From the NCBI GenBank assembly GCA_002269645.1, contig NIVC01003271.1, positions 1 to 41,840 on the forward strand: a stretch of 41,840 nucleotides of DNA. Reading direction: 5' to 3'. Origin of the DNA: Macrostomum lignano (lineage: Eukaryota). The translations under genes and the position numbers were made by a program. This document shows, piece after piece, positions 1-12,602 of the stretch (position 1 is the first letter of the stretch; the number at the start of each line of letters is the position of its first letter). Below the pieces are notes generated by a model that was given only the letters and a program-made list of their open reading frames with translations, had not been told where the DNA came from and ran no database searches.

Positions 1-1189
1 CTAAATGTACATGCGTGACTGCGTGTACACTGATCTTCGCTACATTGTAGCACATGCATGTTTGTACTCGCTTGTGCTTCGTCATTTATATCAGCTCGGA
101 AAGTGAAACGAAAAGCTCTGGATGAGTCCGATCGTCAAATCCGATCAGAATCCGAATGGATTTCCCGGGACAAATTTCCACTCGGTTTCCGAGCTGCATT
201 TCCGATCGGAATCCGACCAAGCTTTTTTAGTGGGCCCTTCTTTGAAAGCCATCGTAGGCTACCAGCGTGCCCATTTAGTGGGAGAAAGCACCAGCTCGCA
301 CCGTCTTCAGCCTGTGTCAGACGCGGTCGATCTGCGCCGATATAGACTATCGCAGTGAATCGGCTGATGGAAGCCTTTGCCATACAGATGCGCAGAGTTC
401 AGCAGGTCGAAAGTGTCATTCAGACGCTTTGCGAATTCAAATGTCTGCAACACATCCTCTGATCACACGATAGACCAAAGTTCTGATGCCACTTGTTGCA
501 ACAGAATGGCTCAATACTTGTGCACTGCTCTCATTCGAGACTACCGCTTTGACTACGAGCGTACGTGTGCACTCGCCGACTCACTCAGAGGTAAGTTCAC
601 AAAATCGATTAAAAGTGAGACTATATTCCCCTAAAAATATTGAGATATTTCAATCTAGCTCTTGGTGCAGCTGTCTCTAATACGTAACTTGACTGACTCT
701 TTGCCATGCAGCAATGCGTATGAATTTGCATTGAGAAAACAAAGGGCATCGCACGATTCTCCTCTTCAGAACCCTTTCTGCACCATCCGCGGGCACAGCG
801 GTTGTAACGACAGATCAGAGCTCAGCTCCTTCGTAGGTGCCATGCAGTCTGTGGCTGCCAGTGGCCTGGTCCAGTCTGACTCGACGTCCGGCAGGCTTTG
901 GTAGTCACTGCAAAGATGACAGCTGCGAGGCTGCCGTCACAGCAGCCTGCCCTCTTGTGCCGAAGACTGCATGACTACCAAAGCGGGTCCATCAAACTTA
1001 AGAAATTTAGCACGTCAGGCAGGCATCATAGCAGCTGCAGCTGCTCCAAGAATAGCTGGAGCACCCTGGACTCCTTGCAGGGTTCAGGCAATGCCTCGCT
1101 GAAAGCTGCTGAGTACACAACAATAACAACAAAATACGCTGTCAGGATGGCAAAAGTCAGCGTCACAGGGCGCGCTTCATGGCTTGGGC

Positions 1190-1450
1190 TTGGGTTGGGC
1201 GCCCTCGACGGTCGAGGACAGCAGGGCGAGGTCGTCGGCGTAGCCAAGCACGCTGAGCCGCTTCTCCGGTTGACGTCGACCCACACGTCGCCGCAGCAGA
1301 AAGCCGTCGTCGTCGGTAGGAAGAGCAGTCCGCAGCACCCAGTCAAGCACCAGGACGAACAGGAACGGCGCCAGCGTATCTCCCTGAAGCACTCCGGAGG
1401 ATGTCTCAAAGGAGTCCGATAGGCCGTCCGTCCGGTCCGGTGCTGAGTAC
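1190..1450 (-). mobile_element. Internal fragment of a non-LTR (RTE-like) retrotransposon reverse transcriptase
   Basis: Minus strand reads DGLSDSFETSSGVLQGDTLAPFLFVLVLDWVLR...LSVLGYADDLALLSSTVEGAQ, which contains the QG motif and the YADD catalytic motif. It ends abruptly on both sides. Confidence 0.88.
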
Positions 1451-3327
1451 GTTGATGGGCATGTGCTTAAAGCAAAGTCGAGTTCTTCACTGTCAGCTGT
1501 GCAACTCTCTGCTTACAACATCCGCACCTTCAGAGGCTCACATCCATCACAAAACCTACTCACCTGCATCCCGTATGCATTTATGAAGATGGAGGCCGCG
1601 TTTATAGCCCTGACACTGCTGGAGGCCGCGTTTATAGCCCCCAAGCTTCATATCCAGCCACGTGTGGAAGCTCGGTTTGTGGAACACCTCCGGGCACAAT
1701 TAGTAGCACTAACCTGTCTGCTCGTAGCTCAGAAAAAGAAGACCATGCGTAAGATGATCAAGTTCAACTGACTTTGTCAGACTAGTATAACTTAAGAACC
1801 TAATTTTCTTTTACTCTGCGGTAAAGATAATTTCACTGTATTAAAAACATTTGCCCGTTTTTATGTTCTTTTTTCTCACTTACAGTAAACAAAAATATTG
1901 CTTGAATGTTTGCTAAATGAATAAAATATTCATCACTAAGTATACCAGTGGCATTAACAGCCTAACTTAAGATTATGTAGACAACGGGAATTATTTGTGG
2001 AGGTAAGGTTACAGTGTTTAAGGAAAGTTAGGAGAATGAATGCAAAACCAACCATTTGCATGTTTTCTTTCTTTAATTGTATCAAGTTTCAGTTTATTAA
2101 TGTTTGCGCAACATTTTTCGCCGAACCATCGGAATCTTTAGGCAGTTACACAGAAAGATGATAAATTTTTTGAATTCTAATAAGCCAATATGATGCAATA
2201 AAGAAGGTATGGGCAGCAAAATTAGATGGCAAAGTTTGAGAGGCAAGCACATAGGTCAGAAATCCTTAAATGGACACTCGCTCCTCTAACACTAAGTTGG
2301 ATGTTCATGGTGGGCTTTAGCTGCTTAAGGTACACCGCCCCAAGCGAAGACAATTTATACGCTGCGGTTACGGTCGATAATTTCAATTTTTCAGTGTGTC
2401 TAACTTTTGCGCATTCGAAAGATTTCAGTTTATTAATGCAATTAAATGAATTAATGCAAACATTATTAAACTGAAATTTAGAAAAGAAAGAAAGCATACG
2501 ATTTATTTGTGGTCTAGCCAAAGTAGTCACAGCTAGTTGAATAAATAAATGTTGCTTTTTATGCTCATACTCGTACTACCGAACAGAGAGTTTTGCTACG
2601 AGTGAACCATCCATCTATAGGTTATTTAGTATCTATGGCCCAACCCACTACTACTGTATTTATAAATGTACTCGTAGATTCGCTAGGCCAAGTTTGTTTT
2701 ATAGAGCGTCAGAATTTTTGTCTACAGTATTACTCGTAGTTAAACTCAGTTAAGTTAACGCTCAAAGCAGTCGCTTTTAGTTGGCTGAGATCCTCACCCA
2801 GTATCCTGACCCAGCAGCGTTTTACAAGCACCTAAATGAGCAATTTTAGCTCAGACAAGCTCAGACAAAAAGAGCATTTGTAATCTGAGTTTTTATGAAA
2901 TATTTTTGCTTTTTTCAGTTATCTCATAAGCAGCAAGACCTGTATTTTATCTTAAAAACGAAGATTCTAATGCGCTGCGCGTTTTCAGTTATTTGTATGA
3001 AAAAAGTAAACTTTTCTTCTTTCTCTATTTCTAATAAATTTAAACTGTTTCGGCTCACGTGAAGAAATTTGTGAATCACTTTTCTTATGAATCGCTTTTT
3101 TATCACTGCTGTACAGTAGTAGGAATTTGAGTAAGCATACGCCATGCAGTATTGTGCTTGTCTGCTGTTTGTCAAATAGAATGATACAGATCTGAAACAT
3201 AGGCCAAAAATTCATAAGAATGTAACATAGTGTAACATAAGGTCGGTTAATAAAACGGAACCCGAAGCTGTGCTTTACAGTTGTATGACATCGCAGTCAA
3301 CTCGTCGGTCGGGGCCAGCAAAGCATA

Positions 3328-5186
3328 TCAAGCATCTGGCGGCAGGTGACAGCGAACAAATCTAGTTGTGCGGAAATTAACAGGAATGGAAACGGGGTGA
3401 AGAGGTTTCCCACATCGGCTCAGCCGTTCCACCCCCAGGCTGGACTGAGACACCACCATAGGCTCGTAGAAAGTTCCCGACTCATGCAGCACAAAACCTG
3501 GCAGAAGGAGTTCGGCCACCTGAAGCTTCGCAGTCCTGTTTGCTTCCTCGACAGTCTCACCGAGGCCACCAAGCAAGCGGACACGGTCGCGATAGTCGGG
3601 ACTTCGCTCGCCCGCCTCAGGAAGGGGGATGCCGCTTGGCGCTTCCGACCCTCTCGGCTCTTCGCCACCTCAGCCTGCAGGAATTTCAGAACTAGTGCTT
3701 TACATTCGTGTGTTGTGGTTTATTCTAAGCAGAATCCAATTTTGGTGCATTCAGTGCCATGAAATTGTATATTAATTAAAATTTACTTTCTATTTGAATG
3801 TACTTACTGGAAATTATTAATCCTAAAAGTAAAAAATTACGAGCTAGTTTGAAGGCCCCTTTACTTTGCCATGAATTTTGTGTAAAGGTTGCACCAGCCT
3901 TGAAAAGTGCTTTGGCTTACCTCAAATCTTTCCCTAAAGTTTCTTTTTGGGTCACGCCTGCTTTTTTTGATGTCATCGACGGAGGGGCCACAACCCGCAT
4001 CAAAAGATGCGTCACTGTGAGCCTCATCAGTGGAGCAGCAGGAAGCGGAGTGCGCCGGCAACGATTGTTGGGCCTCCTCGGACGGCCCTGACTTTGCCTC
4101 GGAGGCTGGAGCCGTCGGTTGTGGCGTGGCTTCATCTGTTTGTGTTGCAAATAAAGTACCAGAAACTTTGGCGGATGTTTTCAAGTGTGTGTAACTTAAA
4201 AAAAGACTAAATTTTAGCTTTAAAGTTTTTTAATAATGTGAAACCATATGCTTGCAGTTACAATGCGATCGTAGTAACGACAAAAGTTAATAAACGCTTA
4301 GGAATAAAAATTCAGATTGTTAGATTCATTTCTAACCAGGCAACACTCGCTGAGACAGAGTCTGCAGGTGAGCCCTTAGTTTGCAGCACAGAGGGTCGTT
4401 GCTGCTGAGCCCCTCTTGCTCATTGAGAAAGGTCACTGCAGACTTGCTGGCTTCTCGGAATCCCAAAAAAAACTTTCCGACGCAGCAGGAACTTTCGGAG
4501 CGAGGAAAGTCGGTACCCATCGAAGCTGAAATGATTGTTAAACATTTTTATTTGATTTCGCTAAAATATGGGAGTAAATAAAGGCATTGAATAAGTGCTA
4601 TGCGTTTACCTTCACATTTTTTCAGCTGTGCTGACAGAGCCACGAGATGTTGTGTCGCAAGTTCAATTATCTCAGCCTTTTCGACTCGACTCTGGCCCTG
4701 AAAGTTAAACCCATGGCGTTTTTGGGGTCAAAATTGTGAATGCGATAGGCTGGGCAAAAGTTGCACTTTCGATACCTTTTTTAAATAAGCGGCCGGAATG
4801 AGGCGGCTCAGATCGCTCAAAGACTGGTTCATGCGGTCGCGGCGCCGCTTTTCAATAACCCTGTGCGACTGCGGGTCCTATAAGTAGTACAAGTGCTTAT
4901 CTTATAATTCAATTGAACTCACTTGAATTGAATTCACTTGAATTCATGTAATCCATTACGAAAAAACCTACCCTGGACGGTTTCATCTTCTTTGTCGCTG
5001 GGTCTTTCAGGCTTCCAGAATCTGAGTCTTTTTCAATTGAGGAGCTCCTAAATTATTGTGCACATGTTTTTGAATTAGCTGATGGATCAGAAACAATTAG
5101 CAAGTGAAATAAAACAGATCACAATCCTTGGTAAAAAAATTTCTCACTCACCAGCGCATTGCCAAAATAGGATTCGAATTCATCAT
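3328..5186 (-). CDS. cwo: Clockwork orange-like bHLH-Orange transcriptional repressor; 7 coding exons: 5186-5152, 5047-4972, 4877-4776, 4697-4610, 4525-4337, 4135-3921, 3674-3328 (apparent 1-nt frameshift near 3624-3628)
   Basis: bHLH: [52 protein letters not shown]. Orange domain: [34 protein letters not shown]-terminal cwo-type motifs: [37 protein letters not shown] introns have consistent phases. The start exon is less certain. Confidence 0.9.
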
Positions 5187-6384
5187 AAACTGCAGAAACG
5201 AGCGAACAGATTTCTTGCAGCGCAAAGTAGGAGAAGCACGAGATGTAAGGAGCAAAAGCTGCTTGGTTGCTTTAAGTATTGCTGCTGAAAATATAGAAAG
5301 AGGGGGTCAAGGCAGCTGGGTTCAAGCGCTATTGCGCTCGTTTCATTCTCTTCTCTTAACCACGAATTTATTAACCAGTTTGTCACGGTCAGCTAACCCC
5401 CAAAAATTAGCTTGGAAACGCTTGGTTCATTGTCTGCTGGACGCTTAGATTTTCTGCCTAAAGCAGCTATAGGTAGCTCGTATTAGTTTAGCAGAAACAA
5501 TGGCCTTTGAAAAGCTCCAGAAATGCATTTTTGCTTTACTCGCGCCCTGTAGAGTGCTGCTCCCTACAACTAGCCAATCCACCCTCAAGTGTGTGCAGCT
5601 TGCAATTGTCACTGCCACGAGCCGCGGTGGCAACCTCGCTGCAAATACTTGGCGAGCGTAATTTTGCTCACAAAGAAGCGTTTTGCCCTAGTTTGCATTT
5701 TTAAACTAATCTGCAGCATACATAGAATAGCAGTGTGTGCAATAGCGTGTGCACGTTTCTAGCATTCTGGCGCAGCAGTATTTCCACTTCCATCTAGTTA
5801 GCACACTGCACCCTACCACTCTCGTATACGTATCTATCGTATTCGTCTCGTATCTATGCTCGTATATGTAGTCACGACAGTAACCTTAAGTAAATTGGAC
5901 TCAGTCAAGACCTGAGCCGCATGCACAGGTTTTTGATCATATCTATAAAAATTTACCGTGATACTCACTACAATTAGTTTTAATTATTTTTTCTGTATTA
6001 AGTCATATTTAATTTACTGTCAACAGCGGATATTGGTTCACCCAAACCAATGCATTGTTTATCACTGCGGAATAATCATACATAGCTCAATTTGGGTGGA
6101 TGAATTACCGTATTCCCAAAGATGTGAAAAGTTTAGAGCTTCCTTATCAGACAACAAGGAAAAAGACAGCGAAATTCCCTGTCATATATGTGTAGATAAT
6201 CATAACCGTGTCACAGAGCGCGCCTCAAAGCTTTGGCGTGAAATAGGCCACATCTCGGGGCGCCAGCGTCAGCCAGCAGGGGGGAGTCGATGAAACCCAG
6301 TGTGCCTGAAACATCAGTAAGAGCACCTCCTGCACCGGCTATGGGCAGTACCATTCGGCGCGGATGATGTGGTCTGCCAGCTGG

Positions 6385-7335
6385 GTCGCCTGAAGAAACA
6401 CCTGGGTCACTCGTGCCCGGTGCACGAGAGAGTTGTCCTGGTGGAGGAAGATACCTTTCTCAAGCGTCTTCGGCCGCTGCTATGCGAGCGCCTGCAGAAC
6501 CTGAGACAAGCAGACGGTGCTGTATCATTCTGCCGTCACTGTGCCTTGCTGAAACGACAAAAAGACTGAAAAAAACTTGGTTGCCATCACTTTGCTGACG
6601 CTGCACTCGCGACAAAATTTAAGGAGAGCATCTTCTTTGTTGGTGACCCACCGCTGACTCTGCTCCTTGGTCTCTGGGTCGTAATAATAGAGTCAGGTTT
6701 CGTCGCCAACGAAAATGTTATCCACTAACTTTGAGCAGCCTCCGTCAAACCTGGCCGCCACGAGGTCGGCAAACTCAACGCGGGCTCGCATTGCGTGCAA
6801 CGCGAGCGGACAGCTTTCTCATGCCAAAGTGCTAGTGCAGGATCTTAATGATGATTTAATCCAACACTCCGACGAGCTGCTCCAATCAGCGAATCGTCAA
6901 TCGCCGATCTCAATAGCACATGGCGTCGAACAGCAGCAACGACTCCGTCGGAGACGGCCAAACTCGGCCGCCCCTCGCGAGTATCGACGTCCAGAGTGGC
7001 CGAGCCGCAAGGGAAACTACTCGTACTCGTACATCATCGACTGGGATGGTGCTTGATCCTGTAGAGCCTCACGCAGCGTCTGGAGGCTGGCGGCCGCAGA
7101 GCTGCCCAGCCGAAACTGGACCAGGATCGCCACTCGCCTATCGCGGACAGTGCTGTCAGCTGTGGCAGGGGGCATGTTTTCAGCCAAACTTTGGCTAGTG
7201 CGGCGCATCTTTGCGACCGATTTGGGTTGAAATCTTACAAGCGAACGTAGAAAAGCGAGATCTAAATGCTGATTAAGTTTTGTTTGATGTGCACAATTTT
7301 TAAGCTGCATTTTTCGGGAACTTAATAAGCACCCC
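6385..7335 (-). mobile_element. Degenerate mariner transposon (transposase pseudogene, 3' end missing)
   Basis: HTH-like RVAILVQFRLGSSAAASLQTLREALQDQAPS; EGRPS; HFGMRKLSAR; IFVGDET*LYYYDPETKEQSQRW; SKVMATKF; LHQDNSLVH. Several stops and frameshifts. Mariner-like terminus TA|GGGGTGCTTATTAAGTT at ~7335. No YSPDLAP segment or second TIR found. Confidence 0.85.
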
Positions 7336-7994
7336 TACATTTTTGAGTCCCAGCCAGGGTTTCAGTCTACAGGACTGCCCTCATATAACAAAAGGCAGCC
7401 CAGAACAAGATGCAGACAAACTGCTGCCATCGCGGAAGTTCCATCGCCTGTCCGTTAGCGCCTCAATGCTGGCGTCCAGAAAGAAGAGCACAACGGTTTC
7501 CTGCGTGTTGACCACCAGGCCGAAACTCGTCGCTACAATAACTGAAGACAAAGGTCGCAAACGAGTAGTCAATGATCGGGCCGGGCCGCAGAGCCAGCGT
7601 CATGCTAGCACGGCAGTTGACGGCCCGGCGATGCTCACCAAAGCGTACAAGCACATGGTCGAGCTGTGCCACCTACTCATTGCGTTTCGTCTGTCTTGAT
7701 CTTCTTGAGCCTGCATGATGGAAGCGGGTGATGGCCCACACCATTTCCTGTCTCTTCAGGAAGTCCTCCAGCGCTCTGGACAGTGCTGGTTTTCTTACGC
7801 GCCGCACAAAATTGGGCACAAAATTTATTTTATTGGGAGCCCCAAATAAGTCGTGAGTTGAAGCCAAGGAGGGTGAATGCGAGTCTGGGAAAAGAAATTT
7901 CAAAAGCTTCAATATGAAGAGCTGTAGTCCTATGGTTCATTTGCATTCGCAAATAACATGCGAAATTGTGTCACATGCAAGCAACGTTGGAACG

Positions 7995-8200
7995 AAAGAC
8001 TAAAGAACCAAGGACTGGGGGGTCGCCAAACACACCCTCAGTTACCCCAGGGATACTGGCACCCATTTTACAGCTGGCTGAAGCAATGCAGAGTTAAGTG
8101 TCTTGCTCAAGGACACAGATTGCTCTGAGTGAGTCTCGAATCGAACCCCCGACCTTTCAGTCGTGAGTCCGACGGACTAACCATTTGGCTGCAACTCCCT
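7995..8200 (-). mobile_element. tRNA-derived SINE with a CORE-like domain
   Basis: Minus strand has A-box-like AGCCAAATGGTT and B-box GGTTCGATTC, followed by GTGTCCTTGAGCAAGACACTTAACTCT...CTGTAAAATGGG, which resembles the CORE-SINE central domain. Confidence 0.7.
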
Positions 8201-9042
8201 AGGCTAAAAACATACAGTGTGTATTTGCTAAGTCTTTAAACTCGTAGCTCGCACATGTAGTTTATGTACCTCGGTAGCTAAATGCAGTTGCCGAGGTTTT
8301 AATGCATGCCTGATGACGATGCGAAAGTCATAACCGCAGTACACCTTGTGGGAGCGGGTGCCTGCGTACGTATCCGTCTGTCGCCTTGATTACGGCAGTG
8401 CCCTCCTGCTAAATTACTAACGAAAATCAACCAACAGTGTATCGTATCCTGCTAATTTTACCCGCGAGTTTAGCACCCGCACTTTGAAAGGTGCCACTCA
8501 AGTTTAAATTTCTGAATTATTCTTAGCTGCATATAATTTTGCATATTAAACTTACGATTGTGCAAAGGAATTATATAAATATATTTCTTTGTGTTATTGC
8601 TACACTTCTACAGATGCTGTGATATCACAGGGTGTTTTCTGCAGCGCAAATATTGCTCTTCTTCAGCTAATTAAGGTAGATGTGTATTATTTCGTGAAGA
8701 TACAGTAAACAAAAAGCAAAGCACGAGGCCGGAAAACGTGTTCATGATTATAGAAGGCTTTGGCCTATGAGCTGCGAAAGAGCTAGCCTCTATTCAAAAC
8801 AGTTTCCCTGTCGTGAACAGAACTGTAGCCTACTCATAGCTTGCGGTACACTCGTACGAGCGTAGGAGCTACTTGAGATAAAGCGAATGCATTAAACTTT
8901 TTATTTAACCTACATAAATACAGATTTCTGGGCTACTACTTATATAAATTCATTTAGCAAAATTGTGTTGTGCATAGACATTTTCTTAGCAAAAACTTGT
9001 TTATTGTACAGTTTAAAAACAGTTCACAGCTGGGATACACTG

Positions 9043-9245
9043 CTGCTGGGAATTACTGTAGCTGCATGGCTTACACACCCTTTAGAAGAGAATAATGTCC
9101 TGGGAATGTCCTGGCTGCTGGGAATTACTGTAGCTGCATGGCTTACACACCCTTTAGAAGAGAATAATGTCCTGGGAATGTCCTGGCTGCTGGGAATTAC
9201 TGTAGCTGCAGGGCTTACACACCTTTCAGAAGAGAATAATGTCCT
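9043..9245 (+). repeat. 72-bp tandem repeat, ~2.8 copies
   Basis: Unit CTGCTGGGAATTACTGTAGCTGCATGG...GTCCTGG starts at 9043, 9115 and 9187; the first two copies are identical. Confidence 0.95.
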
Positions 9246-9649
9246 TCAAGATGATCAAAGCAGCGCTTGAAAGTGCTAATTCCTTGAATGTTTTACATCG
9301 GATTGGTTTACGGTATCCAATCATTACTAGCGGATAACCGAAATTTGCTGTCTGAATCCAATTTCGCAGACATAGGAAATATAGCTCTATACAAGCAATC
9401 TAGTGCGGCCCCCCTTCGGGGCGCCCAATAAGCAAGAAGCAAAAATAGTTCATGGAAAACAATTAAAAAAGCAAATTTTCTTAAAGACCAATTCCTTCTT
9501 CACTTTTAAAAATCACATTCAGTGTAAATTTGACACGGACTATGATATTTGCTATGAATCTCTTTTTTCTAAAATTAACAGAAGACAACAAAATATAATT
9601 TTCACAAAGATAACAGACATTCCCGCTAAATACAAAATATTCCCAAGAC

Positions 9650-9952
9650 AGCAAGCATCCCCCTAGATAGCAAGCACCCCCCTCCAAAAGTAAGCAACCG
9701 CAGATAGCAAGCATCCCCTAATGCTCATAGCAAGCATCACCCCAGATAGCAAGCATCTGCAGATAGCAAGCATCCCCCAGATAGCAAGCATAGCACCCCA
9801 GATAGCAAGCATCATCCCCAGATGTTGAAGCATCCACCCAGATAGCAAGCACCCCAGATATTATAGAAGCATCCACCCAGATAGCAACCATTCTGCAGAT
9901 AGCAAGCATCCCCCAGATGTTGAAGCATCCACCCAGATAGCAAGCATCCTGC
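9650..9952 (+). repeat. Minisatellite with a CAGATAGCAAGCA(T/C)CCC core, ~18-20 bp units
   Basis: More than ten degenerate copies of CAGATAGCAAGCA in tandem. Confidence 0.9.
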
Positions 9953-10175
9953 AGATATACCTTTCTGCAGGAAAGGGACATACCTTTCAGAGGGGGGGCG
10001 AAAACAAAAAAACGAGACGAAAACGACTTTGTCTATGGCAATCGCGAGCCAATAGGAAGGAACGGGGGAAAGGGATGCTATGCTCGTAAAAGTGAAGATC
10101 GAGCGAGACAAAAATAACTGGCTTAGATTAGCACACTCTATTATTTCCTCTAATTTTATTGTTTCCTCTCCATGG

Positions 10176-10655
10176 GTTTGCAAATGTAACGGAACTTTTG
10201 TCTATGGTAGCAAGGCTGGCACAGCGGCACTTGCATGTAATTTGGTCCAACAAGCATCAATTTGGTCCATATAGCTTCATTTGCTACTGCTGTGGAGGCG
10301 CAAGATCAGCCCCACAGATGCACAGTATCGTGCGAAACGCGTCGTTAAATTAATTTAATGGTGATTTTCGCCTTTCTATTCATCTTTCACTTGCCAAGCG
10401 AGCAAATTTACCTGAAATTCCAGTTGGTTATCAGATTTGGACTAGAGCTAGCTAGAGCTCTGGAAAAACGACAGAAAATTGTTGGTAGACACGCTGATAT
10501 TCCAACGGTACGCAACAACCGAAGACGGTTACGAGGGGGCAAGAATTTTCCAAATGGTTCACGAGCGTTTGGATCAAATTGATGCTTTATGGACCAAATT
10601 AAATGCCGGTGTGCCAGCCTTGCTACCATTAGAGAAGTTCCGTTCATTGGCAAAC
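10176..10655. mobile_element. MITE-like element with ~90-bp imperfect terminal inverted repeats
   Basis: GTTTGCAAATGTAACGGAACTT...GGTAGCAAGGCTGGCACA...AATTTGGTCCA at 10176-10270 is the inverted match of 10570-10655. Confidence 0.75.
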
Positions 10656-11423
10656 GTATCTTGTTGGATTAAATTCAATGCGCGTAGGCCCTAATGGGCT
10701 GCAAAAAGCTATATAATAATTACTGATGGGGTTCGGCCTTTTCGGCCCCTTTCGGGAAGCCTTCGGGCCTCAGGTCTCAGAAATAAATCAATTAGAGCCC
10801 TGGCCCCCCACTCCTGTCATCCTGTCAGATGGTCAGCCCATGGTAGCTTGATCTTGTGGCAAGCAGTCTAGGTCCTATAGCTAAGAGAGGGACAGCGAGA
10901 GACAAGCAGGGAGAATTTTGAAGGTAGAGATCAGCTAATCCGCAGATTAACTAACCCGCTGCCACCAGCCCGTGCGTCCTGGCTCACCAAACCGGGACTT
11001 TCGAAATCGGGCTTCCGACTAGAGGGGGCTTAGCACGTACCTGCCAACTATAGTGTCTTTTCGCTGTCAATCTCGAAGTCATAGCCGATGACAAGGGACA
11101 CTGCTGGGACTTGATCGCATTGGCCATGCAGGTACAGAGGGGACTTGTGCAAGGGATTCTTGCAGTGGCGAGACTATGGGGTAGCTACATGTACTATTAC
11201 ATTGCTAAATACGAGGAATTTTACTTTTGGCCTTCAACGCGCCAACTAGCCTCTCGTAGCGCTGATGATAGGCTAACTCGAACATCAGAGACCGCATGAT
11301 TCATCACCCGAGCCGCTTGGCGAATCTAGAGTGCACAAAGTACATCTCTAGCGCCGATTTTGCACTATTGGCAATTTTGCTAACTGATTTGATAGTTTGA
11401 TCGACTGAGAACTGCCTTGCCAT

Positions 11424-11789
11424 CAGGCGCGTCGCCACCGGGGGGACAGGGGGGACATGTCCCCCCAGTAAAAGCTCTGGGGGGGACATGCCAATGCTTT
11501 GTCCCCTCCACCCCACCTTGTGGTAATCAGTAATTTTTCTACAGGGCGCCAAATTGTAGCGCCTTCGGCGCCCAAATGACTGTCTGCGGTGCTAAAATGA
11601 GTGCCTGTGGCGCTAAAATGAGTGCCTGTGGCGCTAAAATGAGTGTCTTCGGCGCTAAAATGAGTGCCTGCGGCGCTAAAATGAGTGCCTGTGGCACTAA
11701 AATGCATGAGTACCAAAATTTAGTCATGTACATGTACATGTCGAATTCTTGGCTTTGTCCCCACCATTAAATTCATGGCGACGCCCCTG
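11424..11789. mobile_element. hAT-type MITE with an 8-bp TSD and an internal 21-bp tandem array
   Basis: TIRs CAGGCGCGTCGCCA / TGGCGACGCCCCTG. Perfect 8-bp TSD CTTGCCAT at 11416-11423 and 11790-11797. About 6 copies of GCGCTAAAATGAGTGCCTGTG at ~11590-11705. Confidence 0.9.
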
Positions 11790-11934
11790 CTTGCCATTGG
11801 TCCACTGCGACCGGCGCCTACTAGCTTAGCTACTCATCTGAGCCATCGGCGAACAAAGGAATAAAACTGACAAAAATAACTGTCAGATTTAACCTTCTCA
11901 CTGATTCACTTAATTCACACCTCAGATTAGTAGA

Positions 11935-12110
11935 AGGCATGAGGGGGCTTTTGGGACAAATTCTTTCACCTCCTCCATAATCCCATTAAATCCATCTACA
12001 TTATCTCTGACAGAATCAGAAAAAATGGGGGTCGCACTTGCTCCGAAAACTTAGAACATATTCCTATTAAATCCATCCATATTATCCCTGACAGAATCAG
12101 AGCATAACAA
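11935..12110 (+). repeat. Degenerate ~80-bp repeat units, also present at 40700-41055
   Basis: TTAAATCCATC(C/T)A(T/C)ATTATC(C/T)CTGACAGAATCAG occurs twice here and about five times at 40.7-41.05 kb. Confidence 0.8.
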
Positions 12111-12305
12111 GTGTCCATTGACACCTGTTATGCTCACTGACACTGACAAAATCCACTGACATCCACCTATAGCATCTTCGAAACAATCAGAAAATAATCT
12201 GCATTCTTCTCCCCACATTCAATTCGCAACGTGCTACCAGATCCCAAAGACTTTAAATCATCAGCGCAGGGTCCTCACCCTTTGAAAAAAAAATTCTCAA
12301 TAAAA

Positions 12306-12541
12306 ATGTTTCCAGTTGTCTCTTCAGGTTCCTATTACAAAGTGCACGAGCCTAATTACAAGAGTAAGTACCGATGCAAACTTGAATGCAGCGAGTACAT
12401 GAGAAAATATTGGCCTGAGTTTGATATCAATGTCGTTAATATTAATCAAGCACTTAAATCTCACTGGTTTGAAAACACGGAGTAGTCATTAACGATTTTG
12501 ACAGCTATTATAACTTTGCTGAAGTTATAAGGCAGTTGTAG
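12306..12541 (+). pseudogene. Small (~79 aa) conserved element ORF with a 1-nt deletion; paralogue of 41234-41476
   Basis: MFPVVSSGSYYKVHEPNYKSKYRCKLECSEYMRKYWP...HWFE. Restoring one A at ~12473 gives KHGVVINDFDSYYNFAEVIRQL*, which aligns with the intact copy. Confidence 0.7.
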
Positions 12542-12602
12542 TAGCCAACTACAAGGTTGTGCCTGGCGGCTTATATCTTAATTTTACAAGTCTGAAGGCG
12601 AC

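Noticed and set aside
1463-1560. APE endonuclease start (SAYNIRT)
   Set aside because: It lies on the opposite strand to the RT fragment and no further endonuclease motifs follow.
7400-7680. Second RT remnant (SFGLVVNTQETVVL)
   Set aside because: Only a short thumb-like resemblance, with no recognisable YADD motif.
8965-9981. ORFs across the 72-bp repeat and the minisatellite
   Set aside because: They are stop-free by-products of tandem repeats.
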